The notes below the pieces were generated by a model. The model did no database searches. It saw only the letters and a list, made by a program, of their open reading frames with translations, and was not told the DNA's origin. A stretch of DNA of 63,717 nucleotides, filler included, from Globobulimina sp. (lineage: Eukaryota): the NCBI GenBank assembly GCA_003354225.1. It is 14 parts of 14 records of this genome, joined end to end, with 100 filler letters (N's around TTAATTAATTAA, not from the genome) between each part and the next. Parts side by side here need not be neighbours in the genome. Positions count along the whole stretch, not along the records: positions 18,257 to 22,719 come from PIVH01001221.1; positions 22,820 to 27,281 come from PIVH01001222.1; positions 27,382 to 31,839 come from PIVH01001223.1; positions 31,940 to 36,395 come from PIVH01001224.1; 10 more parts are not named here. One strand, written 5' to 3'. Shown piece by piece: positions 20,694-33,562 of the stretch (its first letter is position 1; each line of letters begins with the position of its first letter). The position numbers and the translations under genes are program-made.

Positions 20694-22037
20694 ATGTCTA
20701 CCTCCGACCAACACGCCTTGGAAGCACTGCAAAGTGCGTGGAAGTTTATAGACTCGCAAGATGAGGGCATTATTGATTTTGAAGAATGGAATAATTCAAT
20801 CCAACGTTTAAATTGTGGTTTAACACCAAAAGAAATTAAAACATTATTCAAATTAATTGATGTGGACAACAGTGGGCATATCGACCAAAGTGATTTTATT
20901 CTCGCAGTCAACCAGCATAATAATAATTCTTTAGCCATTATTTTACAATCATTCACTGCCAATATTTGCAACGGAGCCGATGCGCCTAAAGCAGAAAACG
21001 ATGATGATGAGGAAATGCGAAAATGGCATAAGGTATTTGAGTCAATATTTGATGGCTTATCCGCCATATCTCAAGAAATTTGGGTAAAAAAAATGTTATC
21101 CTATAACATCACGAATGTTTCTGATGAGGATTTGCGTTTATTTCATGCAGTAATGGACAGTCAATTTCGTTCATACTTTGATTTCGATGAATTTTACGAA
21201 ACATTCACTATTCAGACATTACATCATAAAGAAATGGATACATTGCGAGATAAATTAAAAAATGTTTTATTACCACCACCGCCAAAACAGACCAAAAAGA
21301 AAAAAGAAAGCAAGGAAATGTCAGTACAGACAGACAAAATCCATAAAGCAGAGATTGTGAGCAGTATTGATGTAGAAATTGACGATTTAGAGAGACATAT
21401 TTTTGAGGAAGAGAAATATTTAGAAATCATGGAAGTGACTGACAAATTGAAAAAAGAGAATAATGTCTTGTTTGAGTGGCAAAACGCAAATGTTTGGACG
21501 GAATATCAAGTGATAAATTGGTTGAATGAGATTGGAATTAAAGAAGCAAAATATATTAATATGTTTGCTGCGAATAAAGTAAATGGATATATGTTATTGA
21601 ATGAATTTGATGAAAGTTTACAGAAATTAAATATTAATATGGATGGAAGTGATGTCGAATTGATTGAGAAATCAATATTGATTTTAAAAAATACATTGTC
21701 AGCAAAGGAAGAGGAAGAAACAAAACAAGAACAGAAAGAGAAAGAAGTTGGGAATGATGATTTAAAATTTTATAAAAGAAAATGTCAACATTTAAATCAA
21801 CAGTTATTTAAAATGAAAAAAATCGAGGAGATGTTTAAAAAAAATAGACGCGAAACTGAATCGAAATTAAAACAGTTGGAATGTAATTTATATTTTGGTT
21901 CGTTGAGTCAATCACATTTAATACAGAAATTTGATATTAATCAATTGTTTGAAATACAAAATGCATATCAAAAAACATTAATTAATGTTCAACATTGCAT
22001 TAAATCAAAAGTAAATAGCATCAATGCACAAAAATAA
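20694..22037 (+). CDS. EF-hand + SAM-domain coiled-coil protein
   Basis: EF loops DSQDEGIIDFEE and DVDNSGHIDQSD; SAM-like WTEYQVINWLNEIG..YINMFAANKVNGYMLL. Confidence 0.8.
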   Translation: MSTSDQHALEALQSAWKFIDSQDEGIIDFEEWNNSIQRLNCGLTPKEIKTLFKLIDVDNSGHIDQSDFILAVNQHNNNSLAIILQSFTANICNGADAPKAENDDDEEMRKWHKVFESIFDGLSAISQEIWVKKMLSYNITNVSDEDLRLFHAVMDSQFRSYFDFDEFYETFTIQTLHHKEMDTLRDKLKNVLLPPPPKQTKKKKESKEMSVQTDKIHKAEIVSSIDVEIDDLERHIFEEEKYLEIMEVTDKLKKENNVLFEWQNANVWTEYQVINWLNEIGIKEAKYINMFAANKVNGYMLLNEFDESLQKLNINMDGSDVELIEKSILILKNTLSAKEEEETKQEQKEKEVGNDDLKFYKRKCQHLNQQLFKMKKIEEMFKKNRRETESKLKQLECNLYFGSLSQSHLIQKFDINQLFEIQNAYQKTLINVQHCIKSKVNSINAQK

Positions 22038-22199
22038 ATGTAATAAATTTAATTCCATTCCTTCATTGAATCTACTTTGCTGCAAAACTTTTGTATTTTT
22101 GAATAATGGCAAAGAGAAAAGCACATTCATCGGAAAACGGGGATCGATCACATTACTTTCTAATCTTTGCAACATATTTGAAACATATGAGTGCTGATT

Positions 22200-22719
22200 T
22201 TAAAAATATTCTTCGTATGACAGCAAACGCACCGAACAGATGTTTCCACGCAAAGACATTGCCATTTTATATTTCACTTTCTGATTCACGCGGATTTTAT
22301 TCCATAATACAAATTCTTTATCATTAAGTATTTGAATAAGTCGCTTCCTTTTTAAATCCAAAACCATTGACACTTTATCCCCTGAACCAAAACTCATATG
22401 TTCATTATGTAATGTTTTTTCTTTTCGTTGCACATTTATTCTGTATCTACCATTATTTCCAAACATATACATTCTATATTGGAATTTTTCCGGTGCTTTC
22501 CTTAAACCTTCCACTTTGCTCACAATTCCAAATAATAATTGCGCGCCCTTTGGAATTGTAACAATATCAAATGTCCATTTCACACATATTACTGAATTGG
22601 ACCAAATCCATTTGTGCCCATAGATTGTTAAACATTTGATTCTACGATTTAGTTTATCAACAATTGACAACTTATCCTTCGATACATATGATTGTAAACT
22701 TGAACTAAATTCAGCGAAA
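22200..22719 (-). CDS. SPRY/B30.2-like domain protein, 5' truncated
   Basis: TIYG..KWTFDI..LLFGI..FGSGDKVSMVLDLKRKRL..YKMAMSL beta-sandwich pattern. Confidence 0.6.
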
Positions 22720-22819
22720 NNNNNNNNNNNNNNNNNNNNNNNNNNNNNNNNNNNNNNNNNNNNTTAATTAATTAANNNNNNNNNNNNNNNNNNNNNNNNN
22801 NNNNNNNNNNNNNNNNNNN

Positions 22820-23369
22820 GTGCAATGTTTTTAATATCAGTAAAATATGGTATTACATATTGTCGATATATATATGAAACTTGCGCCAGCTCATCTTTTT
22901 TGGCAGAATCGTAATTTGTGATCAATTTATGTATAAAGTTGAAGGTTAATTCTGTCGCTTTATCGCGTCCAGACGAGTCAACCATACATAATCCCCATAG
23001 AGATTCTATTTGCTGTAATGCTATCTGGATTTTATGATTACTGATTAAATACATTAAAAAACCTATGCGATTGCTTATTTCTTCAAAATAACTCTCATCA
23101 AATATCTCAGCGCTATCATTTTTATTGATATTTTTTACGTTCTGTTTAAAATGTTCAATATCATGGAAAAAATGTGTTAATATTTTGGCATTGGATACTA
23201 AGTGATCGATTATTGTCCAACGCAATGGTTGATAATCATAAAATGATTCATTATTCGCAGTGTCTGGATATGTCTCTAATATTTCAGTCACAATCTGTAG
23301 TGATGCTGTTACATTTTCATGATTTTGTAGATTGATCACGCACTGATTTAATCTTTGCATAGGATCCAT
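22820..23369 (-). CDS. USP9/24/34-like helical N-terminal region, 3' truncated
   Basis: EEISNRIGFLMYLI..LQQIESLWGLC resembles the 'V..RL.FL....L...q...lW.cL' segment of large USPs; head-to-head with the next gene. Confidence 0.45.
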
Positions 23370-23440
23370 GACGAACAAATGCAAAGCGCGTTTCCAAAAT
23401 GTAACAGAAAACGCTGCTCCACTAAGCCAAAAAGCCAATA

Positions 23441-24863
23441 ATGTCAGTAGCACATTGGAAATTCATGCCTGCTATATCAGCTTGGTGGAATCCTGCCAAT
23501 TACTTAGACGCTAAAATGGCTGAAAGTAAACTTATCCACCATTATATAAATGAAGATATGTTTCATATTGAAATCAATGATATTCCCATCGATTACAATC
23601 CAGATTCAACCAGCACAAAGCGACCATATTTTGCTCTCAATTATAAACACAATAATTCTTCACAATTTATCCATACTCTTTCTCTCAATGTAAACTCCAA
23701 ATGGTTGCAACAGTTACACAATACATTCATTCTTTTAATATATCCTTATTAATATTTACTATACAAAAAAAAGACCGAATCCAAAGCGTTTTCCTTTTGC
23801 GGAAACCAAACGTGAAAATTCCGACAATTTCGAATCACGAATTACAAACAAACCATCATGCTCCAATGGTGACTCTTTATTAACTCTCCAACAAATAATC
23901 GAATCTGCGCATAAACCGAACCAAAACACTGAAATATGTCCGATTGTCCTGGCACATGGATATGGTTGCGGTGCTGCAGTATTTTTGCCATCGATCAATA
24001 ATATATATTCAACGCTATCCAAATATAATTCAGATAAATCCAATGTAGCTCCGATACATATCATTGATTGGCTAGGTAATGGATTAAGCAGTCGACCAAG
24101 ATTTAATTGCAAAAACAGCGCAGAAACTGAAGAGTTTTTCATTGAGAGTTTGGAAGCGTGGAGAAAATCAATGAAGATAAATAAAATGATATTATGTGCG
24201 CATTCATTAGGTGCATATTCATCCATTCTCTATGCATTAAAGTATCCGCAATATATCGATCATTTAATATTAATATCTCCCGTTGGTTTGCCAACCAAAC
24301 CAAAAGAATGGGATAAAAGAATAAATAATAGACAGATTTCGTTGAGTTTTAAGTTATTAATAAAGTTTTTTTTGTTGTTATGGGACTATGGATATACACC
24401 AAGTGATATATTGAGATGGATGGGACCGAAAGGCAAAGATTTTTTGCGTTTTATTGTGGATAAAAGGTTATTCCGATTGGATGACAATAGTACGGATACA
24501 AAGATATTGAAAGAATTAATGAGTGATTATTTATATCATATTTTAGCAATGAATGGTGGAGGAAGTGGCGAGTATGCATTGAATAAGATTTTAATGGCAG
24601 GGGCCTGGGCATATAATCCATTGTGTGTTCGAATTAATGGATTGAAGGAATTACAGAGAACATATGGATTTGAGGTCGATTTTATGTATGGATCAAACGA
24701 TTGGATGAAAAGTGAACACGCATTGAAATTAAAAGAGAATGATATAATCGATTGTAATGTTCATATTGTAAAAGATTGCGGACATCAAATGTTGTTAGAA
24801 AATGCTACCGGTTTTGGTGAACTACTTGCGACCATTATTGCTAAAGGACAGCTGAGCAATTGA
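23441..24863 (+). CDS. Alpha/beta-hydrolase, ABHD4/ABHD5 (CGI-58)-like, with one intron
   Basis: VLAHGYGCG, IDWLGNGLSSRP, FIESLEAWR, AHSLG nucleophile, LILISPVG, SGE, YGSNDWM, GHQMLLEN. Confidence 0.85.
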
Positions 24864-25037
24864 TTATTTGCATGTTTTTAGCTTTGCTCCAAATGAATCC
24901 GTTTTTGCATGATCACGATTCTTCGCTATTTGTTCGGCAGAGGGAACATTAATGTTTTGATGTAAAAAGTTTTTTCTCAGCTTTGCAAAAGTTTAAACAT
25001 TTCTTTCTTTTCATCCACAGAAACATCAATCCTAAAT

Positions 25038-26563
25038 ATGTTATCATCCGCTAACAAGCCACGTTCAAAGAAATTAACCATTAAAATATTAATCTGTGCA
25101 TTAGTTGTAACACTTTTATTTATTGGTTTCATTGCAGTGCGTTTAAATGAATCAAGTGATGAAGGTGCAGCTCATAGTGGTCGTAGATTAGCAGTTATGT
25201 ATTGTTTCTGTCACAAACGTTTAAAGAACTCTTGTTGAGAACTCTGGTTGGTATACACACAGGAAATAACTCGACCAGATACGTGTGCAGATCGTGGTTG
25301 CTGTTTCAATCGGGATTTTGAATTAGTGCCAAAGTTTAATTGTAGAGAATTATTCACTGTTAAAGATTGTGTAGCTTCTGACATATTATGTGTCTGGCAA
25401 TGCGATAGAAGGCGATTAGCAACGGCACAACTTGCTAGTTTTGTTGATTTTGATGATGGAACCGGAGTAAATGATGAATTTCCTAAAACATTACAAAAAG
25501 ATGACGGCACTATCCCTGACGTTACAGAAAAGGAAACAGTCTCTGAAGCTATTGCAAGATTAATGTATTGGGGCACTTATTGGGAATGGAGTGAATGTGG
25601 TGACCAATATGAATATCCATTGACAAAGGCTGAGGCAATACGCATACTTAAAGATCCACGCTTACAACGTGTTACTATGGGGTCTGAACGCTCCGACCAA
25701 GTGATAACATATCCGGAGGTCAAGACAAAAGATTCGGACGGTGATGTTTCTAAAGGTGACAGACGAAGGGATTTATTAACAGTATGGCTTCCAGATGGCC
25801 GTAGCCAATCATTTTCATTAAATCAATATCCGCGGAATGTAATTGGTATTTTAGTGACTGATTCTGGTTCATGGTGTACAGGTACATTGGTATCAAGTCG
25901 GGTGGTATTAACTGCAGCACATTGCCTATATGATACAGGTTGGTTGTGTTGTAATTCTTTATTTTGAAATATTAATCACGAATTGTAAAAGGCACTAACT
26001 CTTGGACTGGAGGCTGGACATTTTATCCAGATACAAGAAGTGATACAACATTTGGTGGATCGTCAGGTGTTGGATATAGATGGTCTCGAGCAAGGGTTAC
26101 AAAACGATGGGTTGATCAGACAAAAAGTGGTGTACCATCTACTTATGATACCTGGAGTAGCAGTCGCGATTGTGATTATGGAATGGTTGTATTGAGGGAT
26201 ATTCCTGGTGGATGGATGTCTTTTGGTTATGATAATACATTACCATCAGATACATTTAATACTTATGGCTATCCAGGAGACCAACCTAATGGAACTAGGT
26301 GGTTTCAATATTGTGAACATGGCCAATTATTTTCACAACAAACAAGATCACAAGACGCTGATACTCCAGATTGTGATGTGGCTGGTGGACAAAGTGGCTC
26401 TCCAAATTATTTATATTGGTCTGCCACAAATAGAAGAATTATTTATGCATTAACATCTGGCCAAACATCTGCATATAATGTTTATTCAAGAATTGATAAA
26501 ACAAAATTCAATTTTATTTGTAGTTCAATTTTAGATCTTACCGGACAAGATGTTTGTCCTTAA
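25038..26563 (+). CDS. Membrane-anchored trypsin-like (V8/glutamyl endopeptidase-like) serine protease, 3 exons
   Basis: N-terminal TM helix; CTGTLV..VLTAAHC, CDYG, GYPGD, GQSGSP triad motifs; introns at about 25194-25262 and 25938-25991. Confidence 0.85.
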
Positions 26564-27412
26564 ATTTTTCTGTGTGGATTGGTAAGTATTTTTATGTTTT
26601 TGTTGTGATATTTTTATGTGATTTTGTGTGGTTTGTGTGTTGGTCTGTTTTTGTTGTTGTTTGTTTGTTTGCTTTTAATTTTGTATACTTTTAGACTAAA
26701 AATCTTGAAATGTTTCTGTTGCAGAAACGTCAATATCGGTCATAAGAGAAACGTAACACTGTTTTGTTTGAAATTTCTATATTCGGAGGTGAAATTTCCA
26801 TGTATCATCATATCCATTTATCTGACAGTTTTTGTTTGAAATGACAAATATTGATTCGACACTAGTACCAATCACATTAAATATCTGACGATAAGTTTTT
26901 AAATTCTTCCAATAATGCATTAAATGTAGTTATAGTGCTCAAATTGTGTAATAATAATATAAACATAAAATCCTTTATTTCACTCATTTGGAACCAATGA
27001 ATTACATTTCCAATATTTGGACACTCCGATTAAAGTCCTGACAAACAAATGTCACTTCTTCTTCGCATAGTGAATCAATTTCCGAATCTGTTTTAATTTA
27101 TTATCATGCCATTTTCAAAAAGTGACCCGTATACTGCACTTTGTATATACACTAAGTTAACTCGTTTGTTTGGTAATCAACGGAATGACATTATTTGCAG
27201 AATAAGCGTTTAAACGGATTTTGTCGGACCTACAAACATTCAATCATTGATTCCATTCTTATGTCAGAATGAACTTGTTTTNNNNNNNNNNNNNNNNNNN
27301 NNNNNNNNNNNNNNNNNNNNNNNNNTTAATTAATTAANNNNNNNNNNNNNNNNNNNNNNNNNNNNNNNNNNNNNNNNNNNNAGTTTTATTAAATTTATAT
27401 CACTCCAATACA

Positions 27413-28267
27413 ATGCATAATAACTTAGTGCCGACCGAGTTGAATCGATCAGATCAAACACTGCCGCTATTAAACGATATTGGAAATAGTTATAAACGAA
27501 ACAGGAAAGTTACCTATGCAATAAATGTGAGTCAGACACCGGCGGTTTTGGGCATGGAAGCAGTGAGCTCGGATATAAAAGATAATGAGATGGACTATAA
27601 TGTGTTATTTAAAATGAATAAAAAATTGCAAGAAATATGGCAAAAAGTATGTTCTGATGATAATCCAAATATTGCTCAATTATCTAAGTTGCAAACATTG
27701 TTTGCCGAGACATTTTCGTCAATCACAAATTTAAAACATCAGATACCGCACTTAGTAAAATTAGAGGTGTGCTATTTACAATCATTTGAAATATTTGAAT
27801 GTGACGCATTAAATAATGATTTGGTAATTAATATATTTCAATTTGAAAGGTTTTGGAGATGGTTGCAATGTCTTTGTTATTTAATATTTAAATTTAAAAA
27901 GTTGTATAAAATACGTGATGTTAAGTCTGATAATAATAATCAGTTTGGAATGTTAATAGGAAAAGAGAATGCGAATGGTATTTTATGTGAGGTGGACAAC
28001 ATTAAAAATGGTGCTTTTATATTGTATATTGATGCAAACAATGTTGGTCAATTAAATTTATTGTATAGAGATTTTAATAATAATTTGATGGAAATTGTGA
28101 TCAAATGTAAATTCTGTACTAGTAATAAAAAAGAAAAATATTTTACAATTAACGAAAACAAAGATTGTCCGATATCATTCATTAAAAGAACGACTAGATT
28201 AAAATTCTTTTATTGCTCGATGAGAAAATGTTTAATGAAAAAGAAAATCCTTTTAAAACGATTATAA
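27413..28267 (+). CDS. Hypothetical protein with degenerate C-terminal SH2-like domain
   Basis: FERFWRWL followed by GMLIGKENANGIL..GAFILY..GQLNLLY. Confidence 0.4.
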   Translation: MHNNLVPTELNRSDQTLPLLNDIGNSYKRNRKVTYAINVSQTPAVLGMEAVSSDIKDNEMDYNVLFKMNKKLQEIWQKVCSDDNPNIAQLSKLQTLFAETFSSITNLKHQIPHLVKLEVCYLQSFEIFECDALNNDLVINIFQFERFWRWLQCLCYLIFKFKKLYKIRDVKSDNNNQFGMLIGKENANGILCEVDNIKNGAFILYIDANNVGQLNLLYRDFNNNLMEIVIKCKFCTSNKKEKYFTINENKDCPISFIKRTTRLKFFYCSMRKCLMKKKILLKRL

Positions 28268-28734
28268 TTTATAAATTAACACATTTTTGTATTGTTCCAT
28301 GTATATGTAATGTGACTAATGTCTTTAGCGAACCCTTTATGGCTTTCTGTGTGAATTCTTCTTTCTTTTTTGTTGTTTCTTTGCTGAACCTTGTGTCTAA
28401 TCTAATGTTATGTATTTGTATTAATTATTCACAATTTGAAGCGGTTCACATCACTACTAAAACGTGTATAGAGTTTTTTTTTCAAAACATAGTGTTTTTT
28501 GGTATTTATAGCTAAAATCTGTACTCCGAAGCAGCCGGACTTATAATATCGCTGAACATAAAAAAGCATACAAATGAATTAAAAATACGAACATATTAAA
28601 GTGCAACAAAAAAAAACACAAAAGAACAAACAAACTGTATATTACACACATGGCAAAGTCCATAAATAAAATATGATATTTTATTTATAAATTGCCATTC
28701 ACAAAAAAAGAAGTCACGCATCTTATGAACAATA

Positions 28735-30265
28735 TTACTCACAAAGAGTCATATAATTACTTTGATTTTTATCAAAATCATCATCACCAAGCTGCATTAA
28801 ATTATTTTCCGGCAAATCATTTACTTTTGAGTTTGACCGTGAATTTATATCTTGGTCAATGGCAGAAAAAGATGTTAAATTATATCCAGTTAATGCACCA
28901 TAATCAGTATTATTTGTAATCTGTGAAACAAAGGTAGTATCCGCAAAATTATTGGACTTTGTCGATGTTAATGATAGCAAATATGTTCTTTCCTTTGAGA
29001 CCATTTTTTTAAATGGTTCCACTAATATTGACCCAATAATTAAACACGTTGGCTTATACAATAAAATTGGGATTAAATACATGCCGACATTTTCATTCCC
29101 TTCAAATATAGTTTCAATCAAAGGGATCCCCAAAGAAATAGTCTTCGATGCGCCTGCATACATAATTGCAATGCGATCATAAATGGTAAATGCCATAAAT
29201 GACGAATTTGCTTTATTTGCAACACAACATCGAAATATTTTGGATAAATACCATATGACAATATATGAATGTGTATGTAGCAATATTATAATACTGATAA
29301 TTGCGGAAATATCAACTGTCGATGCGTCGATGCCTTGATAGAATGATTCCGATAAAGCACAAAATACCATATATAATAACGCAAACTCATTAATTTTACG
29401 TATATATGGCTTCCATTTTTTTAATCTTTTCCTGCTCGATCTGCCGCCCGCTATGCGAATAATTTGTGCCAGGAAAAATGGTGCAATCACCCGCAAGCTA
29501 TTAAAAATATTTCAATTACATTCAGCTTTGATTATTGTAGTCAACAATAGTGGAAACACACCTTAATTTCATGAAAACGTCAACCATATCAAAACTGGCA
29601 GAACTGCCCAAAAATAATAATATTAATACAGGAGTTAAAAATATACCAATTAAATTAGCCAACGTGCAATTAATAGCAGCCGCTGCTTCATTGCCATGTG
29701 CATTATGTGTGAAGACAACAGCCGATGCCGCAGTGGCAGGCAAACAGCACAGTATAATAGTTCCATCGATTAAGTTGGTTAATGTTTGAGAGACCATATG
29801 GTTTGGCACAATATATTGTGAAATTAATTTGATTGAAAATCCAATGATGGGAAAATATAGAAATACAATTAAATGAGTAAATAAATTGAGTTGCCAGAAT
29901 AAACACGCTCGCTTTAAATATTGTATTTTTATTCCTAAGCCAATACCAAAAAATAATATTATTGTGACAATCCACGAAGATGTTATTTTGGGGTAAAAGG
30001 GTCCTTGATTGTGCCCAATTGGCCATTGAGCTGACAATGGAATGACCATTGCTAACCCAATTAACATGAAATATTTATCCATAAACTTGGAAAATCTAGC
30101 AAATGTTTTAGAATATGTGTTAGAATTTGATAGTTGAGATAGATGAATTGATGCTATTTCCTTTTCTTTTTGGACCGTTTGTAACGCTGAAGATCCACTT
30201 TTCTGCTGTTCATCTTGTAGAATGATAATATTTGTTTGATTATTATTGGTTAATTGTTCTTCCAT
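28735..30265 (-). CDS. Sodium/bile-acid symporter family (SLC10A7-like), 2 exons
   Basis: CLPATAASAVVFTHNAHGNEAAAAIN..NLIGIFLTP and KTISLGIPLI; short intron at about 29496-29560. Confidence 0.85.
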
Positions 30266-30340
30266 TGTATTCGTCGTGAAGTTTTATAATCGAGTTTTTG
30301 TGAAAAGTTTTCAGAGCCAACATATCCTTCTATTTTAATC

Positions 30341-31696
30341 ATGAGCACGCAACAAACACAATCCGCTCAACAAACTGATATCGATCAACAAACTGATATC
30401 GATCAAATTGTAGTGCAAATATCAACAGGTGACCTTAACACGCTCCATGCCACTAAAGAAGCAAATGGAGCAGGATTTACATCACAAACCAGTGGAGCCA
30501 CTGCATTCATAGAAAATATATTACATGAAATTCATGCAAATGTTGCAGACACATCAGATGATAATATATTTGATGACCAAGAACATATTTTAAAAGTAAA
30601 AACCGGTACAACTAAAACAGACGATATTTGTATGCAATATCAGACGTCGACGGACCATGACGCAGAAGATGTGTCCGCTGCGGAACAACACCCTGACACT
30701 CTCAGATGGTTTAGAATGGGAACAGATCGCTCCGTGGATCGATCTGTTACACCCTCAGATACATCCAAACATGACTCGAGTTATATGCCTCTGCCAAGCC
30801 AAGAAGAACAATACGAAGAGTTTGTATTACATTTGCGCCACGCGGCCAGTTACAAAGCGGAATACGATATATACCAAGTATTAGCGTACAGAGCAAAGAT
30901 CTCATTTGGGCAAAAGATCTATTTTAAGCCATTCAAGGCATTGCGTGGCATGATCAGCGATTCGTGGAGCGAGCTAGAGATCCGATGGTTAAACTCCTTT
31001 CAGCGAGTCTTGAGTCAGGCAATCGTCTGTTTTTGTATTCAGACGTTAGGGGTTACCGCCATTTTAATCACCCAATTTAGCGCGTACTTCTCCGATAAAA
31101 CAGATTTTGCGCAATGTGATTATCACCCGGACCGATGGAAAACCGATTGGCATTTGAAGTTATTGGCGTTTTTATGGACATCCTTCATAGCGTTGGGTGT
31201 CAGTGGTTGGGTATACAGGGCCCGGCATAGCGGCTTTTATCCGGTTTTATTGTTTCTAAAAGCCGAACAGTATCCGAATTTTGTGTCCATTCCAATATTA
31301 CAAATAGGTTTATTGACCAATTACTATGTGGTGGCATCCTCAGTGATCGGCTCATTTATATTAATATATCAAACAGAGGGTGGCACGCAAACAATTGATA
31401 TGATTTTGCAAGCGGTGGCGCTGTTTTTTATATTGGAATTAGATAATAAAATTGTCCATGCTCGCGATTTTCTATCCATTCGGAAATACTTTGATGTTTA
31501 TATTAAAAATGGCAAACATCAGAAACTGCCGCAAAGTATATTGCCTGAGAAGCAAAGTGTGTTTATGAAACCGTTGAGGAAATGTAAAGGGAATTCGTGT
31601 TTATCTGCGACGTTATCCATTGTAGGTTTTGTGTTGTTGGTGACTATGACCGTTGGGGCTTTTCTCGCGCCATTGATTATTATGATATGTTGGTAA
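30341..31696 (+). CDS. Multi-pass membrane protein of unknown function
   Basis: 451-aa ORF with about 5 TM segments and DMILQAVALFFILELD. Confidence 0.65.
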   Translation: MSTQQTQSAQQTDIDQQTDIDQIVVQISTGDLNTLHATKEANGAGFTSQTSGATAFIENILHEIHANVADTSDDNIFDDQEHILKVKTGTTKTDDICMQYQTSTDHDAEDVSAAEQHPDTLRWFRMGTDRSVDRSVTPSDTSKHDSSYMPLPSQEEQYEEFVLHLRHAASYKAEYDIYQVLAYRAKISFGQKIYFKPFKALRGMISDSWSELEIRWLNSFQRVLSQAIVCFCIQTLGVTAILITQFSAYFSDKTDFAQCDYHPDRWKTDWHLKLLAFLWTSFIALGVSGWVYRARHSGFYPVLLFLKAEQYPNFVSIPILQIGLLTNYYVVASSVIGSFILIYQTEGGTQTIDMILQAVALFFILELDNKIVHARDFLSIRKYFDVYIKNGKHQKLPQSILPEKQSVFMKPLRKCKGNSCLSATLSIVGFVLLVTMTVGAFLAPLIIMICW

Positions 31697-32072
31697 AATA
31701 TATAGCTGAGATTATTTTATACTTTTTTTTGTGAATCTTTATAAAATATGCTTTTTTTTGTGCAAAATTTTGTTTGTGTCAATTTGTTTTGTGTTTAAAC
31801 ATTGTGCATTTAACGTCTTTTGATGATTTGTGATTTGTTNNNNNNNNNNNNNNNNNNNNNNNNNNNNNNNNNNNNNNNNNNNNTTAATTAATTAANNNNN
31901 NNNNNNNNNNNNNNNNNNNNNNNNNNNNNNNNNNNNNNNAAATAATCTGATCTAAGAGCTAAAAATAAAAATATTTATATATTTCGCATCATATTCCGAC
32001 AATATATATCAACAACATACACAGTCAGCGAATATGCTAAATATCACAGGCCTTTCTACAATTTATAAGTCA

Positions 32073-33386
32073 TCACTTTGGTATTTGTATCGTTAAAGGT
32101 ATTGGACTTTGGTATATGCCACACACTGATTGTACCGATTTGTGTTTCTTTGGTTCAGTTCCAGAGGGCGCAGATTCAAACGATTGCTGCGGTGAACATG
32201 TAGGACTGAATGAGTGTGCACTCAGCATAACACCTTTACGATTATTATCGTATACGATCGTAGTTGTTGTGGTATTTGCTGTTGTTGCTATATCACCATC
32301 GCTTGGTGTATTACCGGTACCTGTTTCGTCACAAATACTCATCATCTCATCGCAAATACTTATTACCCAATATCCGAACCCTTCATTGGAATATTTATCC
32401 TTCTTTGTATACCATGTTCCTTTAAACTGATTTTGATTCACGTTCCATTTCAAGCGCACTTTAATAATGTTGCCATTCTCATAAATCTGATCCAAGGCCA
32501 TACGTTTGCTGTCATTTGAATATATGCCTTTGATGTCGTATGTGCCATTACAATCTGACCCTTTTCCTGTCACCGCCGCATTATTATTATTATTATCATC
32601 ATCATCATCATTTATACAAAATTGTAAATCAAGATTTAGCATCGTATGCTGTATCATATTCTTATCTTTTGCGCCACGATGACCCCAATATTTACCATCA
32701 ACGGGATCCGACTTATAATTATTTATTCCTTTCACTTTTGCGCCATTATTATATATAAATTCTTCCCTTGCGACGCCGAATGCGGTTCTTACTTTCTTCA
32801 GTTTGCCGTTTTTTTGTTGCCGCGAAATCCACCACAAGCAACATAAAAATAGGAAAACGGGGATGGTGATACCGATGATTAATAAACTATGGTTTTGCGA
32901 TCTTTTTTCGTGTAAATGGAATGAAACGATAACGTTTCTGATTTGAATGGTATTTGTTACGGAGTTAATAATTTCTTTTGTGTTTGTTGCAAATGAATTT
33001 TTATACACTTCAAGTTTTTCCTGCTTTGTGATTATACTTAATTCTATATTTAACGATTGTGATTTATTCGCATATTGTAAATCATCTTTATTTACAGAAT
33101 TATCTTTTATTGATTCAAGTTTGCTATCTGTCTGTTCTATGATTGATGTGATATGGGAATATATCACGCCATATGCCATTGTGTCGGCAGTTTTATTCCA
33201 GATATAATATATATTGAATGTAACATCATATTCGTAGGCGTTGTGATCGGTATCTCCTGTTTTTGTATTTTGTATTTTAAATTGTAATGATTGTCAGGTT
33301 TCACACATACCTAATAATTGTCGACCAGCTCGAGCGAATGCATTATTTATTAGAAAGAAGTATATTAAAACATGAAACAACAACAT
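32073..33386 (-). CDS. Type I single-pass membrane protein
   Basis: Short first exon MLLFHVLIYFFLINNAFARAGRQLL (signal peptide) with a GTATGT donor; TM LLIIGITIPVFLFLCCLWWI. Confidence 0.6.
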
Positions 33387-33562
33387 GATGATTGGCGAGG
33401 AACTGAGAGATGCAGTATTCAAATCAAAGGATGTCTTTTAAAGTGCGTACGTTTTTCGAGTACGTAGGATGTCTAATACTGACTGAGGTACGTTTTTCGA
33501 AAAACTTGACTTCAACAACTTATACATTTAACAGACACAAATTACACAATTAAATAGTCATT

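Noticed and set aside
33444-33505. GTACGTTTTTCGA direct repeat and other small intergenic duplications (18669-18740, 49233-49273)
   Set aside because: Short local duplications or stems with no further structure.
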